The notes beneath the pieces were generated by a model that searched no databases, had not been told where the DNA came from, and saw only the letters and a list, made by a program, of their open reading frames with translations. This document shows, piece after piece, positions 35,456 to 44,843 of a stretch of 64,000 nucleotides of DNA (position 1 is its first letter; every line of letters starts with the position of its first letter). The stretch covers positions 12,786 through 76,785 of the forward strand of contig JBBEAY010000023.1 of the NCBI GenBank assembly GCA_040882605.1, given 5' to 3'. The translations under genes and the position numbers were made by a program. The DNA comes from Actinomycetota bacterium (GTDB taxonomy: Bacteria; Actinomycetota; UBA4738; HRBIN12).

Positions 35456-36521
35456 GTGACGAAGAGACGTTTGATCCGTCCGGCGCCGATGCGCGACTTC
35501 GACGTCGCCGATCGAAAGAGCACCTGGCTCGAGCTCTTCTTCGACCTCTGTTTCGCAGCCGCGATCGCAACGCTCGCCGATGGCCTGCATTCCGACCCGT
35601 CCTTGCACGGCCTCCTGCCCTTCGCGGCACTCTTCGTGCCGGTGTGGTGGGTGTGGACCCAGTTCACGTGGTTCGGCACGGCGTGGGACAACGACGACCT
35701 GCTCCACCGCCTCAGCCAGCTCGTCGCGATGCTGCTCGTGATCGTGCTCGCGGCCACTATCCATGGTCGGGAACCTCATCGGAGCCGTGATCATGCTCTC
35801 GTCGGTGTGGGTCGAGGCCCCGCTGCGCTACTGGATCTGGGCGATCGCGGTGCTCGAGCTCATGGTGGTCCCGGTGTTCGCCCGGCGGTCGTACGAGGGA
35901 CAGCCGTTCGACTCAAGCCACCTGCCCGAACGCTACGGCTTGTTCACGATCATCGTGCTGGGCGAGAGCGTCGTGACGGTCGGCGTCGGCCTCGGTGAGG
36001 TCCAACTCGATGGCGGAGCGGTGGCCTCGGCCGTACTCGGATTCGCCATCGCGGCGGCGATCTGGTGGAGCTACTTCGAGACCGTGTCGTCGACAGCGCT
36101 GTCTCGCGATCGCATCTGGGCATCATCCGTGTGGGGATATGGACACTTGTTCGGATACGCGGGCATCGCGGCGACGGCCGTCGGCGTGGACCTCGCGATC
36201 GAAGCTGGCGCCCAAGCCGACCACGGCCTCTCGCTCGCCGCCCGGCTGATGCTCTGCGCCGGCGCGGCGGCGTTCTTGCTCTCGCTCGTCGCGGTGCACG
36301 CGGCAGAGATCGGCTGGCGAGGCGCAGGCATGGTTCAGCGATGGGCGACGATCGGGGCGCTCCTCGCGATCGCCTTCATCGCCCGCGGGTGGCCTCCCGC
36401 GCTCGTCGTCGGCGCGGTCTTCGTGATGCTCGTGATCACGGTCACCTTCGACGTGGTGAATGTCGGAGGCCAGGGCCTCGTCGCCGGCCATCCCTCTGAG
36501 GAGGAAGAGTCGCGGCAGTAG
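35456..36521 (+). pseudogene. ltrA: Low-temperature-requirement protein A (LtrA)-family membrane protein, split by a frameshift
   Basis: N-terminal ORF (STWLELFFDLCFAAAI..., 35456 frame) and C-terminal ORF (35763-36521; LPERYGLFTIIVLGESV, AAIWWSYF) are collinear LtrA halves in different frames. The junction is at ~35740-35770. Confidence 0.6.
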
Positions 36522-36530
36522 CCATGTGGA

Positions 36531-37910
36531 TCAGGCCCGTTCGGCTGCCCACTCGTCGAGTAGCTGATAGGCCTCGTCCTCGGGGATGGGGCCGCGGTCC
36601 AAGCGGAGCTCCATGAGGAACTCGAGCGCCTTGCCGACTTCCGGGCCGGGGGTGAGGCCCAGGTGGTCCATGACCTGCTTCCCGTCGAGGGGCGGGCGCA
36701 AGGCGTTGAGGTTCTCCTGCTCGGCGAGGCGCGCGATACGCTCTTCGAGGTCGTCCTGCAAGCCCTGGAACTTCGCGGCGCGGCGCTCGTTGCGAGTGGT
36801 CACGTCGGCGCGCGTGAGCTGGTTCAACTTGTCGAGCAATGGGCCGGCGTCGCGCACGTAGCGTCGCACGGCGGCGTCGCTCCAGCCGTCGCCGTACCCG
36901 TGGAAACGAAGGTGCATCTCGACGAGCTTGCGCACATCGTCGATCACTTGGTTCGGGTAGCGCAGCTCTCGAAGTCGCTTCTCGGCCATACGGGCGCCGA
37001 CGACCTCATGGTGATGGAACTGAACGCCCTCAGGCGTGATCTGGCGTGTCGACGGCTTGCCGATGTCGTGCAGCAACGCCGCCAAGCGCAACACCGGGTC
37101 GTGCTCACAGCTCTCGACGACAGCGTAGGTGTGCCGCAGCACGTCCTTATGACGGTGCACCGGATCTTGCTCGAGCTCGAGCGCAGCGAGCTCGGGCATG
37201 AACCTGTCGGCGAGCCCGGTCGTCACGAGCAAAGAGAGCCCGTTCGTGACGCGCTCGCCGACGAGCAGCTTGTCGAGCTCGGCGGCGATGCGCTCGGCCG
37301 AGACTATGTCGAGACGCTCGCACATCGTGCGCATCGCGGCGAGCACTCTCTCGGCTGGAGTGACGCCCAACTGCGCTACGAACCTGGCGGCTCGCACCAT
37401 GCGCAGCGGATCGTCGGTGAATGAGATCTCCGGCTCGAGGGGCGTGTCGAGCACCTTGGTCGCGAGATGGCGCACTCCCCCGTGCGGATCGATCAACGCA
37501 CCGTCGGGAAGCCCCACCGCCATAGCATTGATCGTGAAGTCGCGCCGCGACAGGTCGGTCTCGACGTCATCTCCGAACGTGACCGCCGGCTTGCGATGCG
37601 CCTCGGCGTAGACCTCCTGACGGAACGTCGTGATCTCGACCAGCTGCCCGTCCTTCGATGCGCCGACCGTGCCGAACTTCACGCCGACGAGGTAGCGGCG
37701 GTCCGCCCAGCCCTGCAGCACACGGGTGGTCTGCTCGGGATGGGCGCTCGTGGCGAAGTCGAGATCCCGGCCTGGGCGACCGAGCATCATGTCGCGCACG
37801 CTGCCGCCGACGAGGAAGAGCTCGTGGCCCGCGTCGGCGAACCGAAGACCGAGCTCCTTGGCGATCGAGGGCACGCCGAGCACGGCGCCGGAAGGGCTCT
37901 GGTCGGCCAT
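36531..37910 (-). CDS. cca: CCA tRNA nucleotidyltransferase (PcnA-type, with HD domain)
   Basis: 459 aa. LVGGSVRDMMLGRPGRDLDFAT, RRDFTINAM and LLHDIGKP motifs. Confidence 0.85.
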   Translation of the reverse strand: MADQSPSGAVLGVPSIAKELGLRFADAGHELFLVGGSVRDMMLGRPGRDLDFATSAHPEQTTRVLQGWADRRYLVGVKFGTVGASKDGQLVEITTFRQEVYAEAHRKPAVTFGDDVETDLSRRDFTINAMAVGLPDGALIDPHGGVRHLATKVLDTPLEPEISFTDDPLRMVRAARFVAQLGVTPAERVLAAMRTMCERLDIVSAERIAAELDKLLVGERVTNGLSLLVTTGLADRFMPELAALELEQDPVHRHKDVLRHTYAVVESCEHDPVLRLAALLHDIGKPSTRQITPEGVQFHHHEVVGARMAEKRLRELRYPNQVIDDVRKLVEMHLRFHGYGDGWSDAAVRRYVRDAGPLLDKLNQLTRADVTTRNERRAAKFQGLQDDLEERIARLAEQENLNALRPPLDGKQVMDHLGLTPGPEVGKALEFLMELRLDRGPIPEDEAYQLLDEWAAERA

Positions 37911-38005
37911 GGCGGTTCGAGCTTACCCGGGCGTTCGCCGAGTCTCGTCGGTCGCGTGGGTCAGGGCTCGCTAGAGCCCTCGGCTGGGCCTCGTTCGGTC
38001 GCGGC

Positions 38006-38065
38006 GACTTGGCAGGGACCTCCGTGTTTCCTCGCAGGCACGAGTCCGGAGGTCCCTGCCAAGTC
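38006..38065. repeat. Perfect 19-bp inverted repeat with 22-nt spacer
   Basis: GACTTGGCAGGGACCTCCG (38006-38024) and its exact reverse complement CGGAGGTCCCTGCCAAGTC (38047-38065). It lies in the cca / 38112 divergent spacer. A second 7-bp hairpin is at 37961-37978. Confidence 0.9.
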
Positions 38066-38111
38066 ACTCTCGCGAAGATGGCCGGACCCGCGACCGCTAC
38101 CGTGAAGCGCG

Positions 38112-38519
38112 ATGCCCACCTGGCTCGGGTTCCTCTGGACGCTGCCGAACACCCTGATCGGCGTCGTGCTGGGGCTGCTCACCTTCCAGTGGCCCAGCGT
38201 GCGCGACGGCGCGCTGATCTTCGACAAGGCGCCCCGAGGACTCACGTGGCTCATGCCGCGCATGCGCCGCACGGCCATGACCGTCGGGTTCGTGATCCTG
38301 TCAGCCGAGCCGGTGACCGGACGGCTCCTCGCCCACGAGCGGTGGCACATCAAACAGTTCTGCTCTTGGGGACCGCTGTTCATCCCCGTGTATTTCGTGC
38401 TCGCGATCGGGTTCGGGTATCGGCGCCACCCCATGGAGGTCCGCGCGCAGATCGCAGCGGGGGAACGCGAACCGACCGAACCGAAGCCCCCGACACGCCC
38501 GGCCAAGCCCGATCGCTAG
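38112..38519 (+). CDS. Small membrane protein with HExxH motif (putative metallopeptidase-like), unknown family
   Basis: 135 aa. N-terminal TM segment (LGFLWTLPNTLIGVVLGLL), AHERWHIKQ (HExxH), a second TM segment (WGPLFIPVYFVLAIGF), and a Pro/Lys-rich tail. Confidence 0.5.
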   Translation: MPTWLGFLWTLPNTLIGVVLGLLTFQWPSVRDGALIFDKAPRGLTWLMPRMRRTAMTVGFVILSAEPVTGRLLAHERWHIKQFCSWGPLFIPVYFVLAIGFGYRRHPMEVRAQIAAGEREPTEPKPPTRPAKPDR

Positions 38520-39622
38520 AAGGGAAGCCCTCCCTCGACGTTTCCGGCCGACAGCCGGTCGAGCACCCCGCCCATCTGCAGGTCGAAATCGTGCGGATTC
38601 GTGGCGGCCCTTCGCGCCTCGTCTTCGGTCACGAGGCCTTCCTTGGTGAGCTGCACGAGCGACTGATCGAAGGTCTGCATGCCGTAGAAGTCGCCCTCGG
38701 CGATCACATCGATGATCTGGTCGGTGGTCGCCGGATCGACGATGCGATCGAACACGCGTCCGGTGTTGATCAGCACCTCGACCGCAGGGACACGCCCCTT
38801 GCCATCGGCCCTGGCTACCAACCGCTGCGACACGACGCCGCGGAGCGAGCCGGCGAACGACGAGCGCACCTCGCGCTGCTGCTGCGGCGGGAAGAGGTCG
38901 AGGATGCGGTTGATCGTTTCCATGCAGTCGATCGTGTGCAAGGTGGAGATCACGAGGTGGCCGGTCTCCGCCGCCTGGATCGCCGACATCGCCGACTCGG
39001 GGTCGCGGATCTCACCGACGAAGATCACGTCGGGGTCCTGACGGATGACGTGACGGAGCGCACTGGCGTACGAGTCGGTGTCGATACCGATCTCTCGCTG
39101 CTGAACGATCGAGAGCAGGTCGTCGTGCATGACCTCGATGGGGTCCTCGATCGTGACGATGTGCGCACGGCGGTTGCGGTTGATGTGCCCGATCATCGAC
39201 GCGATCGTCGTCGTCTTACCCGTGCCGGTCGGGCCGGTGACGAGCACGAGCCCACGCGGCGCGTCGGTGAGCGACGCCATGACCCGTGGCATGCGGAGCT
39301 CCTCGAACGTCGGCACGTCGCTGCGCACGCGCCTGATCGCGAGCCCGATCACGCCTCGCTGGCGAAATACGTTCACGCGGAAGCGCCCGACCCCGGCGAG
39401 CGTATATCCGAGGTCGGCCTCGCTCGTCTCGGCGAACTCGCGCTCCTTGTGATCCGACATCAACAGCGACGCCGCCATCTCCGTGTCGGCCGGCGTGAGC
39501 ACGTCGAACTCGCCGGGAAGGAGCTGGCCATCGATGCGGACGAAGGGCACGTTCCCGACCTTCAGATGCAGGTCGCTCGCACCACGCTCGACCGTGTACC
39601 GCAGCAGGGCATTGACATCCAT
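38516..39622 (-). CDS. pilT: Type IV pilus retraction ATPase PilT family
   Basis: Trimmed to the MDVNALLRY start (368 aa). GPTGTGKTTT Walker A, TIEDPIE Asp box, DPDVIFVGEIRD Walker B, TGHLVISTLHT His box. Confidence 0.85.
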   Translation of the reverse strand: MDVNALLRYTVERGASDLHLKVGNVPFVRIDGQLLPGEFDVLTPADTEMAASLLMSDHKEREFAETSEADLGYTLAGVGRFRVNVFRQRGVIGLAIRRVRSDVPTFEELRMPRVMASLTDAPRGLVLVTGPTGTGKTTTIASMIGHINRNRRAHIVTIEDPIEVMHDDLLSIVQQREIGIDTDSYASALRHVIRQDPDVIFVGEIRDPESAMSAIQAAETGHLVISTLHTIDCMETINRILDLFPPQQQREVRSSFAGSLRGVVSQRLVARADGKGRVPAVEVLINTGRVFDRIVDPATTDQIIDVIAEGDFYGMQTFDQSLVQLTKEGLVTEDEARRAATNPHDFDLQMGGVLDRLSAGNVEGGLPF

Positions 39623-39721
39623 CGTCGGCGACGGCCTCCATCCTGCCCACGGCGATCGCGGGCCACATGGTTCCATCGGCCTGTCCCTGGCGCACCTGAG
39701 TGCGGCGGCTAGGATTCTCAA

Positions 39722-40324
39722 GTGACCGACGAGCCCACCTCCGACGGCCAGGAACCGCGCAAACGCCGTCGACGTCGGCGTCGCAAGCCCTCGAGCGCGA
39801 CCGCGAAGTCGGCCGCCGGGGCCAAGGGGACGGCGCCGACTAAAGGCAAGGACCCGGCAGGAACGAAGAAGAAACCTGCCGCTCGCCGTAGACGGGGACC
39901 GCCCGTGCAGCGAGAGGTCTCGGCAGGAGGCGTCGTGTATCGCCGCGACGGCCACGACATCGAGGTCGTGCTCGCGTCTCGGCGCACACGCCGCGGTGAC
40001 ATAGCCTGGGGCCTCGCCAAGGGCGGCATCGAGGAAGCCGAGAGTCTCGAGGACGCGGCGGTGCGCGAGGTGCACGAGGAGACCGGCTACACGGCCGAGA
40101 TCGAAGCCTCGCTAGGCGACACCCGCTACTTCTACGTGTGGGAGGACACACGCATCAGCAAGACCGTGCACTTCTTCCTGATGCGGTGCACGGGTGGCGA
40201 CCCTGAGGACCGCGACGACGAGATGGAGGAGATCCGCTGGTTCCCTCTGGAACGCGCCCTCAAGCGGGCGGCGTACCGAGGCGAGCGTGAGGTGCTCACG
40301 CGGGCGGCCGAGATGCTGCAGTGA
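39722..40324 (+). CDS. NUDIX hydrolase with basic low-complexity N-terminus (MutT4-like position)
   Basis: NUDIX box GLAKGGIEEAESLEDAAVREVHEETG. The N-terminal ~60 aa are Lys/Arg-rich. Divergent neighbourhood with cca, as in mycobacteria. Confidence 0.8.
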   Translation: MTDEPTSDGQEPRKRRRRRRRKPSSATAKSAAGAKGTAPTKGKDPAGTKKKPAARRRRGPPVQREVSAGGVVYRRDGHDIEVVLASRRTRRGDIAWGLAKGGIEEAESLEDAAVREVHEETGYTAEIEASLGDTRYFYVWEDTRISKTVHFFLMRCTGGDPEDRDDEMEEIRWFPLERALKRAAYRGEREVLTRAAEMLQ

Positions 40325-41121
40325 GCCCAGCCGTGATCGCCACCTTCAACATGCCGACCCTGCTCGAGGCGGCGCTCGGCATCGCCATCGGACTGGTGTC
40401 GGGTGTGCTGTCGGGGCTGTTCGGCGTCGGCGGCGGGATCGTCATGACGCCAGGGCTCCAGGTCGTGCTCGGCGCCTCGCCGATCGTGGCACTCGCCACG
40501 CCGTTGCCGGTCATCTTGCCCACGGCGCTGACCGGGGCCGCCACCTACCGGCGGGCGGGCGAGCTCGACCACCGCGCGGCCGCCTGGATGATCGTGCCCG
40601 GTGTTGTCACGTCCGTGTTCGGCGCCCTGCTCACCGGCTTCATCGACCCCCACCTGTTGTTGGTGATCACGGCGTTGCTGCTGGCCTATCAGTCGGTGGG
40701 CATCGTGCGCGGCTCTCGAGACCGGCGCGGGCCGTCGTTCGTCGCCACGCCATCGATGTTCATCGGCATCGGACTCATCGCCGGGTTCGTCAGTGGGCTG
40801 CTCGGCATCGGGGGCGGACTCGTCATGGTGCCGATGCTCGCGGGCTGGCTCGGCATGCCGTTGAAGCGCGCGCTCGGTACTTCGCTGCTCGCGATCGTCG
40901 CCCTCGTGATCCCCGGCACGATCACCCACGCGGTCCTCGGCAACATCGACTGGGTGCTGGTACTGGTCGTCACGATCGGCGCCATCCCCGGCGCGCGCCT
41001 GGGCGCCCGTCTCGCCCTGGATGCGCGGGAACGTACCCTGCGCCTCGCGGTGGGCGCGTTCCTGCTCGTCGTCGCCGCCGCCTATGGAACCTCCGAGGCC
41101 GTCGAGCTGCTCGGGAGCTGA
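40321..41121 (+). CDS. TauE/SafE (DUF81) family anion exporter
   Basis: 266 aa, about 8 TM segments, with the repeated GxxSGLxGxGGG motif twice. GTGA overlap with the NUDIX stop. Confidence 0.8.
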   Translation: MSPAVIATFNMPTLLEAALGIAIGLVSGVLSGLFGVGGGIVMTPGLQVVLGASPIVALATPLPVILPTALTGAATYRRAGELDHRAAAWMIVPGVVTSVFGALLTGFIDPHLLLVITALLLAYQSVGIVRGSRDRRGPSFVATPSMFIGIGLIAGFVSGLLGIGGGLVMVPMLAGWLGMPLKRALGTSLLAIVALVIPGTITHAVLGNIDWVLVLVVTIGAIPGARLGARLALDARERTLRLAVGAFLLVVAAAYGTSEAVELLGS

Positions 41122-41136
41122 ACACCCGGCACTACG

Positions 41137-43233
41137 ATGAGACTCGCCATGAGGATCTTCCGTGCCTTCGGGGCGCTGCTTGCGATCACGCTGCTTGCAT
41201 CGACGCTGCTCGCCGCGTTCTTGGCCGCGTCGACCCTGATCCGCTCGCCCATCGCACTGGGCCAGGAGCCGTCGGTCGCCACGATCCTGAAGGCGCAGAC
41301 CCCCTTCACCACCCTCGAGGAGCCCAAGGTCACCGTAAAGTTCCTGGCCGAGAACCTCGGCGAGGAATCCCTCGAGGATCTGACGGTCGGGTTCAGCATC
41401 GGCCCCCTCATCAGGTCGCGCGAGAGCTTCGTCTCCTCGCTCGTCGAGGGCCCCGGCTCCACGCTGATCGAGGTCGAGACCGACACGCAGACCGGCACGC
41501 TCGAGGCCGGCGATACCCGTGAGTTCAGCGCCTCGGTCGATCTGAGCGAGGTCGGCGGTGTGAGCGACATCGACTCCGGCGTCTACCCTGCTCGCGTCGA
41601 CCTGCGCGTCGCAGGCATCCCGGTCGGCTACATCGACACACCGTTGGTGCATCTCGTGCGGCCCCCCGACGTTCCGCTCGACTTCACGTGGTGGGTCGAG
41701 CTCGATGCACCCATCGCGATGGACCCCCAGGGCCTGCTCGCCGACACCTCGTTCGAGGCCGCGATCGCCCCCGGCGGCGGGCTGGGACAGCAGGTCGAGG
41801 CTCTGCGTTCCGTCGTCGCATCCGACGACGGCCTCGCCACGGTGAACCTCGTGATCGTGCCCGCGGTGATCGACCAGCTTGCGCGCATGGCCGACGGATA
41901 CGAGCGTGCGGCGGGCGAGGCGGCGCCGGCCGACGAGCGCCCCGCCTCCGATGCCGCGGCCCTGCTCGCGAAGCTGCGCGCGCTCGTGGAAGACGACGAC
42001 GTGCACGTCGTCGTCGCTCCCTTCTCCGCGCCGCTGCTGCCGAGCCTTGCCTCGGGCGGACTCGCGGCCGATCTCGATCGGCAACAAGACTCCGGCGAGG
42101 CCGTCCTGGCAGAGCACCTCGGCCTCGACGCGGCGACGGGGCAAGCGCGGCCGCCGCAGGGAGCGCTCGACGAGGCCAGCCTGCAATGGCTCGCCGACCG
42201 TGGGACGACCACGGTGTTGGCTCAGACCGACACCGTGGAGCGGCCGGCCCAACCCAACGACTTCGCGCCACTTGCCACGGCGACCGTCGCAACCGAAGGC
42301 GGGACGGTCCTCGACGTGGTGCTTCCCGACCCGGGCTTGCAGGCCCTGCTGGGCGATCCGCTGTTGATGGGCGACCCGGTGCGCGCGAGCCAGGCGGTGC
42401 TCGGCGAGCTCGCCGCGATCTGGCGCGAGCAACCCGTGCCGGGTCCCCAGCTCGACGGCAGCGAGACGGTTCGCGGCATCGCGCTGTCGCTCCCCGCGGC
42501 GCTGCCCGCCGACATGTGGGCGCCGCTCGTGCGGAGGCTGTCGCGGGCGCCCTTCTTGCGGCTCACCGACGCGGTCTCGTTCGCCGAGCGAGTGCACCCG
42601 GTGCAGGAAGGCGGCGTGATCTCTCAGTCGCTCGAACGGTTCCCTCGCGACTACGTCGAGGCGATCCGCGATCAGCGGCGCAACGTCGCCGCTTACAGGT
42701 CGATGCTCGTCTGGCCGAGCACGCAGCCTGGCAGACTCGAACGCAACCTCTTGTATGCCGAAGCCGGCCAGTACGTCAGCGATCCGATCGCGGGCAGGAG
42801 CTGGTACGACCAGGTGAACGCAGCGACGGATTCCGTCTTCCAGGCCGTGCTGCCCGATGTGGAGCAGGAGTTCTTGTTGACCTCGAGCGAGGGGTCGATC
42901 CCCATCCGCATGGGAGACCCGGGTCTGACGCCGCTCAGGGTGCAGGTGGTGGTGCGCTCGGCGTCGTTCGAGTTTCCCGACGGGGCGCAGCAGACGGTCG
43001 TGGTCGAAGGGCCCAACGAGATCGTGACGTTCGATGTGGTGGCCAGGGTGAGCGGCCCGCAGACGATCAAGGTGAAGACCCGGGCGCCGTCGGGGCGCGA
43101 TCTCGGTGAGGACCAGAACCTCACCGTGCGCATTACCGCGGTCAACGGTGTGGCGTTGTGGACGACGATCGGAGCCGGCGTGGTGTTGGTGCTCTTGTGG
43201 TCGAGGAGGTTGGTCCGACGCCCGAAGCCCTAG
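41137..43233 (+). CDS. Large secreted/membrane-anchored conserved hypothetical protein (Rv3909-like by position)
   Basis: 698 aa with an N-terminal signal/TM segment and a C-terminal TM segment (ALWTTIGAGVVLVLLW). It sits immediately upstream of murJ, as in mycobacterial synteny. Family assignment is positional inference only. Confidence 0.6.
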   Translation: MRLAMRIFRAFGALLAITLLASTLLAAFLAASTLIRSPIALGQEPSVATILKAQTPFTTLEEPKVTVKFLAENLGEESLEDLTVGFSIGPLIRSRESFVSSLVEGPGSTLIEVETDTQTGTLEAGDTREFSASVDLSEVGGVSDIDSGVYPARVDLRVAGIPVGYIDTPLVHLVRPPDVPLDFTWWVELDAPIAMDPQGLLADTSFEAAIAPGGGLGQQVEALRSVVASDDGLATVNLVIVPAVIDQLARMADGYERAAGEAAPADERPASDAAALLAKLRALVEDDDVHVVVAPFSAPLLPSLASGGLAADLDRQQDSGEAVLAEHLGLDAATGQARPPQGALDEASLQWLADRGTTTVLAQTDTVERPAQPNDFAPLATATVATEGGTVLDVVLPDPGLQALLGDPLLMGDPVRASQAVLGELAAIWREQPVPGPQLDGSETVRGIALSLPAALPADMWAPLVRRLSRAPFLRLTDAVSFAERVHPVQEGGVISQSLERFPRDYVEAIRDQRRNVAAYRSMLVWPSTQPGRLERNLLYAEAGQYVSDPIAGRSWYDQVNAATDSVFQAVLPDVEQEFLLTSSEGSIPIRMGDPGLTPLRVQVVVRSASFEFPDGAQQTVVVEGPNEIVTFDVVARVSGPQTIKVKTRAPSGRDLGEDQNLTVRITAVNGVALWTTIGAGVVLVLLWSRRLVRRPKP

Positions 43234-43241
43234 AACCCTAC

Positions 43242-44843
43242 GTGCGCAACACGGCGCTCATGACGGCCGGCACGACCCTGTCGCGCCTGACCGGCTACGT
43301 GCGCATCGCCGCCCAGACGGCGGCGCTCGGCGTGACGGTGGGCGCGCTCGGCAACGTGTACGTGCAGGCCAACACGACACCGAACATCGTCTACGAGCTG
43401 ATCCTCGGCGGGGTGCTCACCTCGGTGTTCGTGCCCGTGTTCGTCGACCACCGCCGGACCTACGGGCGCGAGGCGGCCTTCGATCTCGGGTGCCGAGTGA
43501 TGACCCTGGCGCTCGTGGTGCTCCTCGGGCTGGCGACGCTCGGCATCGTGCTGGCCCCTCAGATCATGCGGTTGTACCTCGCCGCTTCCGACGCGCCCGA
43601 TCGCGATGCGCAGATCGAGCTCGGGGTGTTCCTGCTTCGGTGGTTCATGCCCCAGGTCGTGTTCTACGGCATCGGCGCGATCGGCGGTGGGCTGCTGAAC
43701 TCCGAAGGACGCTTCGCGCCGCCGATGTTCGCGCCGATCCTCAACAACCTCGTCGCGATCGCCGCCTTCGGCGCGTACGCGATGCTCCATGCGGGGGCCG
43801 CTCCCTCGATCGAAGGCATCACCTGGCTCGAGAAGACGGTGCTCGGTGCAGGCACGACCCTCGGTGTGGTCACGATGACGGTCGCGCTGTGGCCGTCGCT
43901 GCGCGCGGCCGGATTCAAGTGGCGGCTCACGGGTGGATGGCGCCACCCGGGCATCCGACGCGTCATGCAACTGTCGGGCTGGGTGCTCGTGTACGTCGCG
44001 GCGAATCAAGCTGCGTACCTCGCGATCATCGTGCTCGCCGGCGGCATCGACGGCCCGGCGCGGTTCCAGATCTACGCCACTGCGTTCATCGTCTTCCTGC
44101 TTCCTCACTCGATCTTCGCCGTGTCGATCTTCACGGCGTTGCTGCCGGACATGGCCGAGCGGTGGGGAGCGGGAGACGTCGACGGGGTGCGCGAGCGGTT
44201 CTCGTTGGGGCTGCGCGACACGGTGGTCGTGATAGTGCCTGCGGCCTTCGCGTTCGTCGTGCTCGCCGGCCCGATCACCTCGTTGCTGCTCGATCACGGG
44301 GCGGCCGGCGAGGCCGACGCGCGATTGATCGGGCGCACGCTGCAGGCCTTCGCGATCGGGCTACCTTTCTTCTCGGTGTTCCAGCTCATCACGCGCACGT
44401 TCTACGCCACACAGGACAGCCGCACGCCGGCGCTCATCAACGTCGGCGCCGCGGTCGTCACGGTGGCGGTCGACATCGTGCTCGTCGCCATGATCGGGTG
44501 GGACGTGCCCGGCCTGGCGCTCGGGCATGCAGCGTCGTACGTGTTCGCGACGGGCGTTGGGCTCGTGTTGCTCCGGTCGAAGCTCGGCACGCTCGACGGG
44601 CAGCGCATCGCCTCTACGATCGCGCGCGCTCTTCCAGCGGCCGCCACCACCGCGCTCACCGGTTGGCTCGTCGCAGCGGGCGTGGAGGCGGCCGTCGACA
44701 CGCACCCGGTCGTCTGGCGGCTCGTGCAGGTGTCGCTCGCCGTCGTGACGGGGGTCGGCGCCTATCTGGGCGCAGCACTCATGTTGGGCATGCGAGAGGT
44801 CGAAGACGTGATGGGCGCGGTGCGCAGGAGGTTCCGCGGATGA
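43242..44843 (+). CDS. murJ: Lipid II flippase MurJ/MviN
   Basis: The N-terminus ALMTAGTTLSRLTGYVRIAAQTAALG..., about 14 TM segments, and FYATQDSRTP are MurJ signatures. GTG start 9 nt after the upstream stop. Confidence 0.85.
   Translation: MRNTALMTAGTTLSRLTGYVRIAAQTAALGVTVGALGNVYVQANTTPNIVYELILGGVLTSVFVPVFVDHRRTYGREAAFDLGCRVMTLALVVLLGLATLGIVLAPQIMRLYLAASDAPDRDAQIELGVFLLRWFMPQVVFYGIGAIGGGLLNSEGRFAPPMFAPILNNLVAIAAFGAYAMLHAGAAPSIEGITWLEKTVLGAGTTLGVVTMTVALWPSLRAAGFKWRLTGGWRHPGIRRVMQLSGWVLVYVAANQAAYLAIIVLAGGIDGPARFQIYATAFIVFLLPHSIFAVSIFTALLPDMAERWGAGDVDGVRERFSLGLRDTVVVIVPAAFAFVVLAGPITSLLLDHGAAGEADARLIGRTLQAFAIGLPFFSVFQLITRTFYATQDSRTPALINVGAAVVTVAVDIVLVAMIGWDVPGLALGHAASYVFATGVGLVLLRSKLGTLDGQRIASTIARALPAAATTALTGWLVAAGVEAAVDTHPVVWRLVQVSLAVVTGVGAYLGAALMLGMREVEDVMGAVRRRFRG

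Noticed and set aside
37658-39712. 684-aa plus-strand ORF
   Set aside because: It overlaps cca and pilT on the opposite strand, and those two have strong motif support. Only the separate 38112-38519 ORF, in another frame, looks real on the plus strand here.
40132-42597. 821-aa minus-strand ORF, the longest in the track
   Set aside because: The translation is Arg/Gly/Asp/His-rich with no recognisable domains. It lies antisense to well-supported TauE, Rv3909-like and NUDIX genes. This is a typical stop-poor shadow frame in high-GC DNA.
43106-44839. First 578 codons of the 715-aa ORF ending at 45253
   Set aside because: It is an alternative frame over murJ (Arg/Gly-rich). Only the last 137 codons, which start at an ATGA overlap with murJ, look like a gene.
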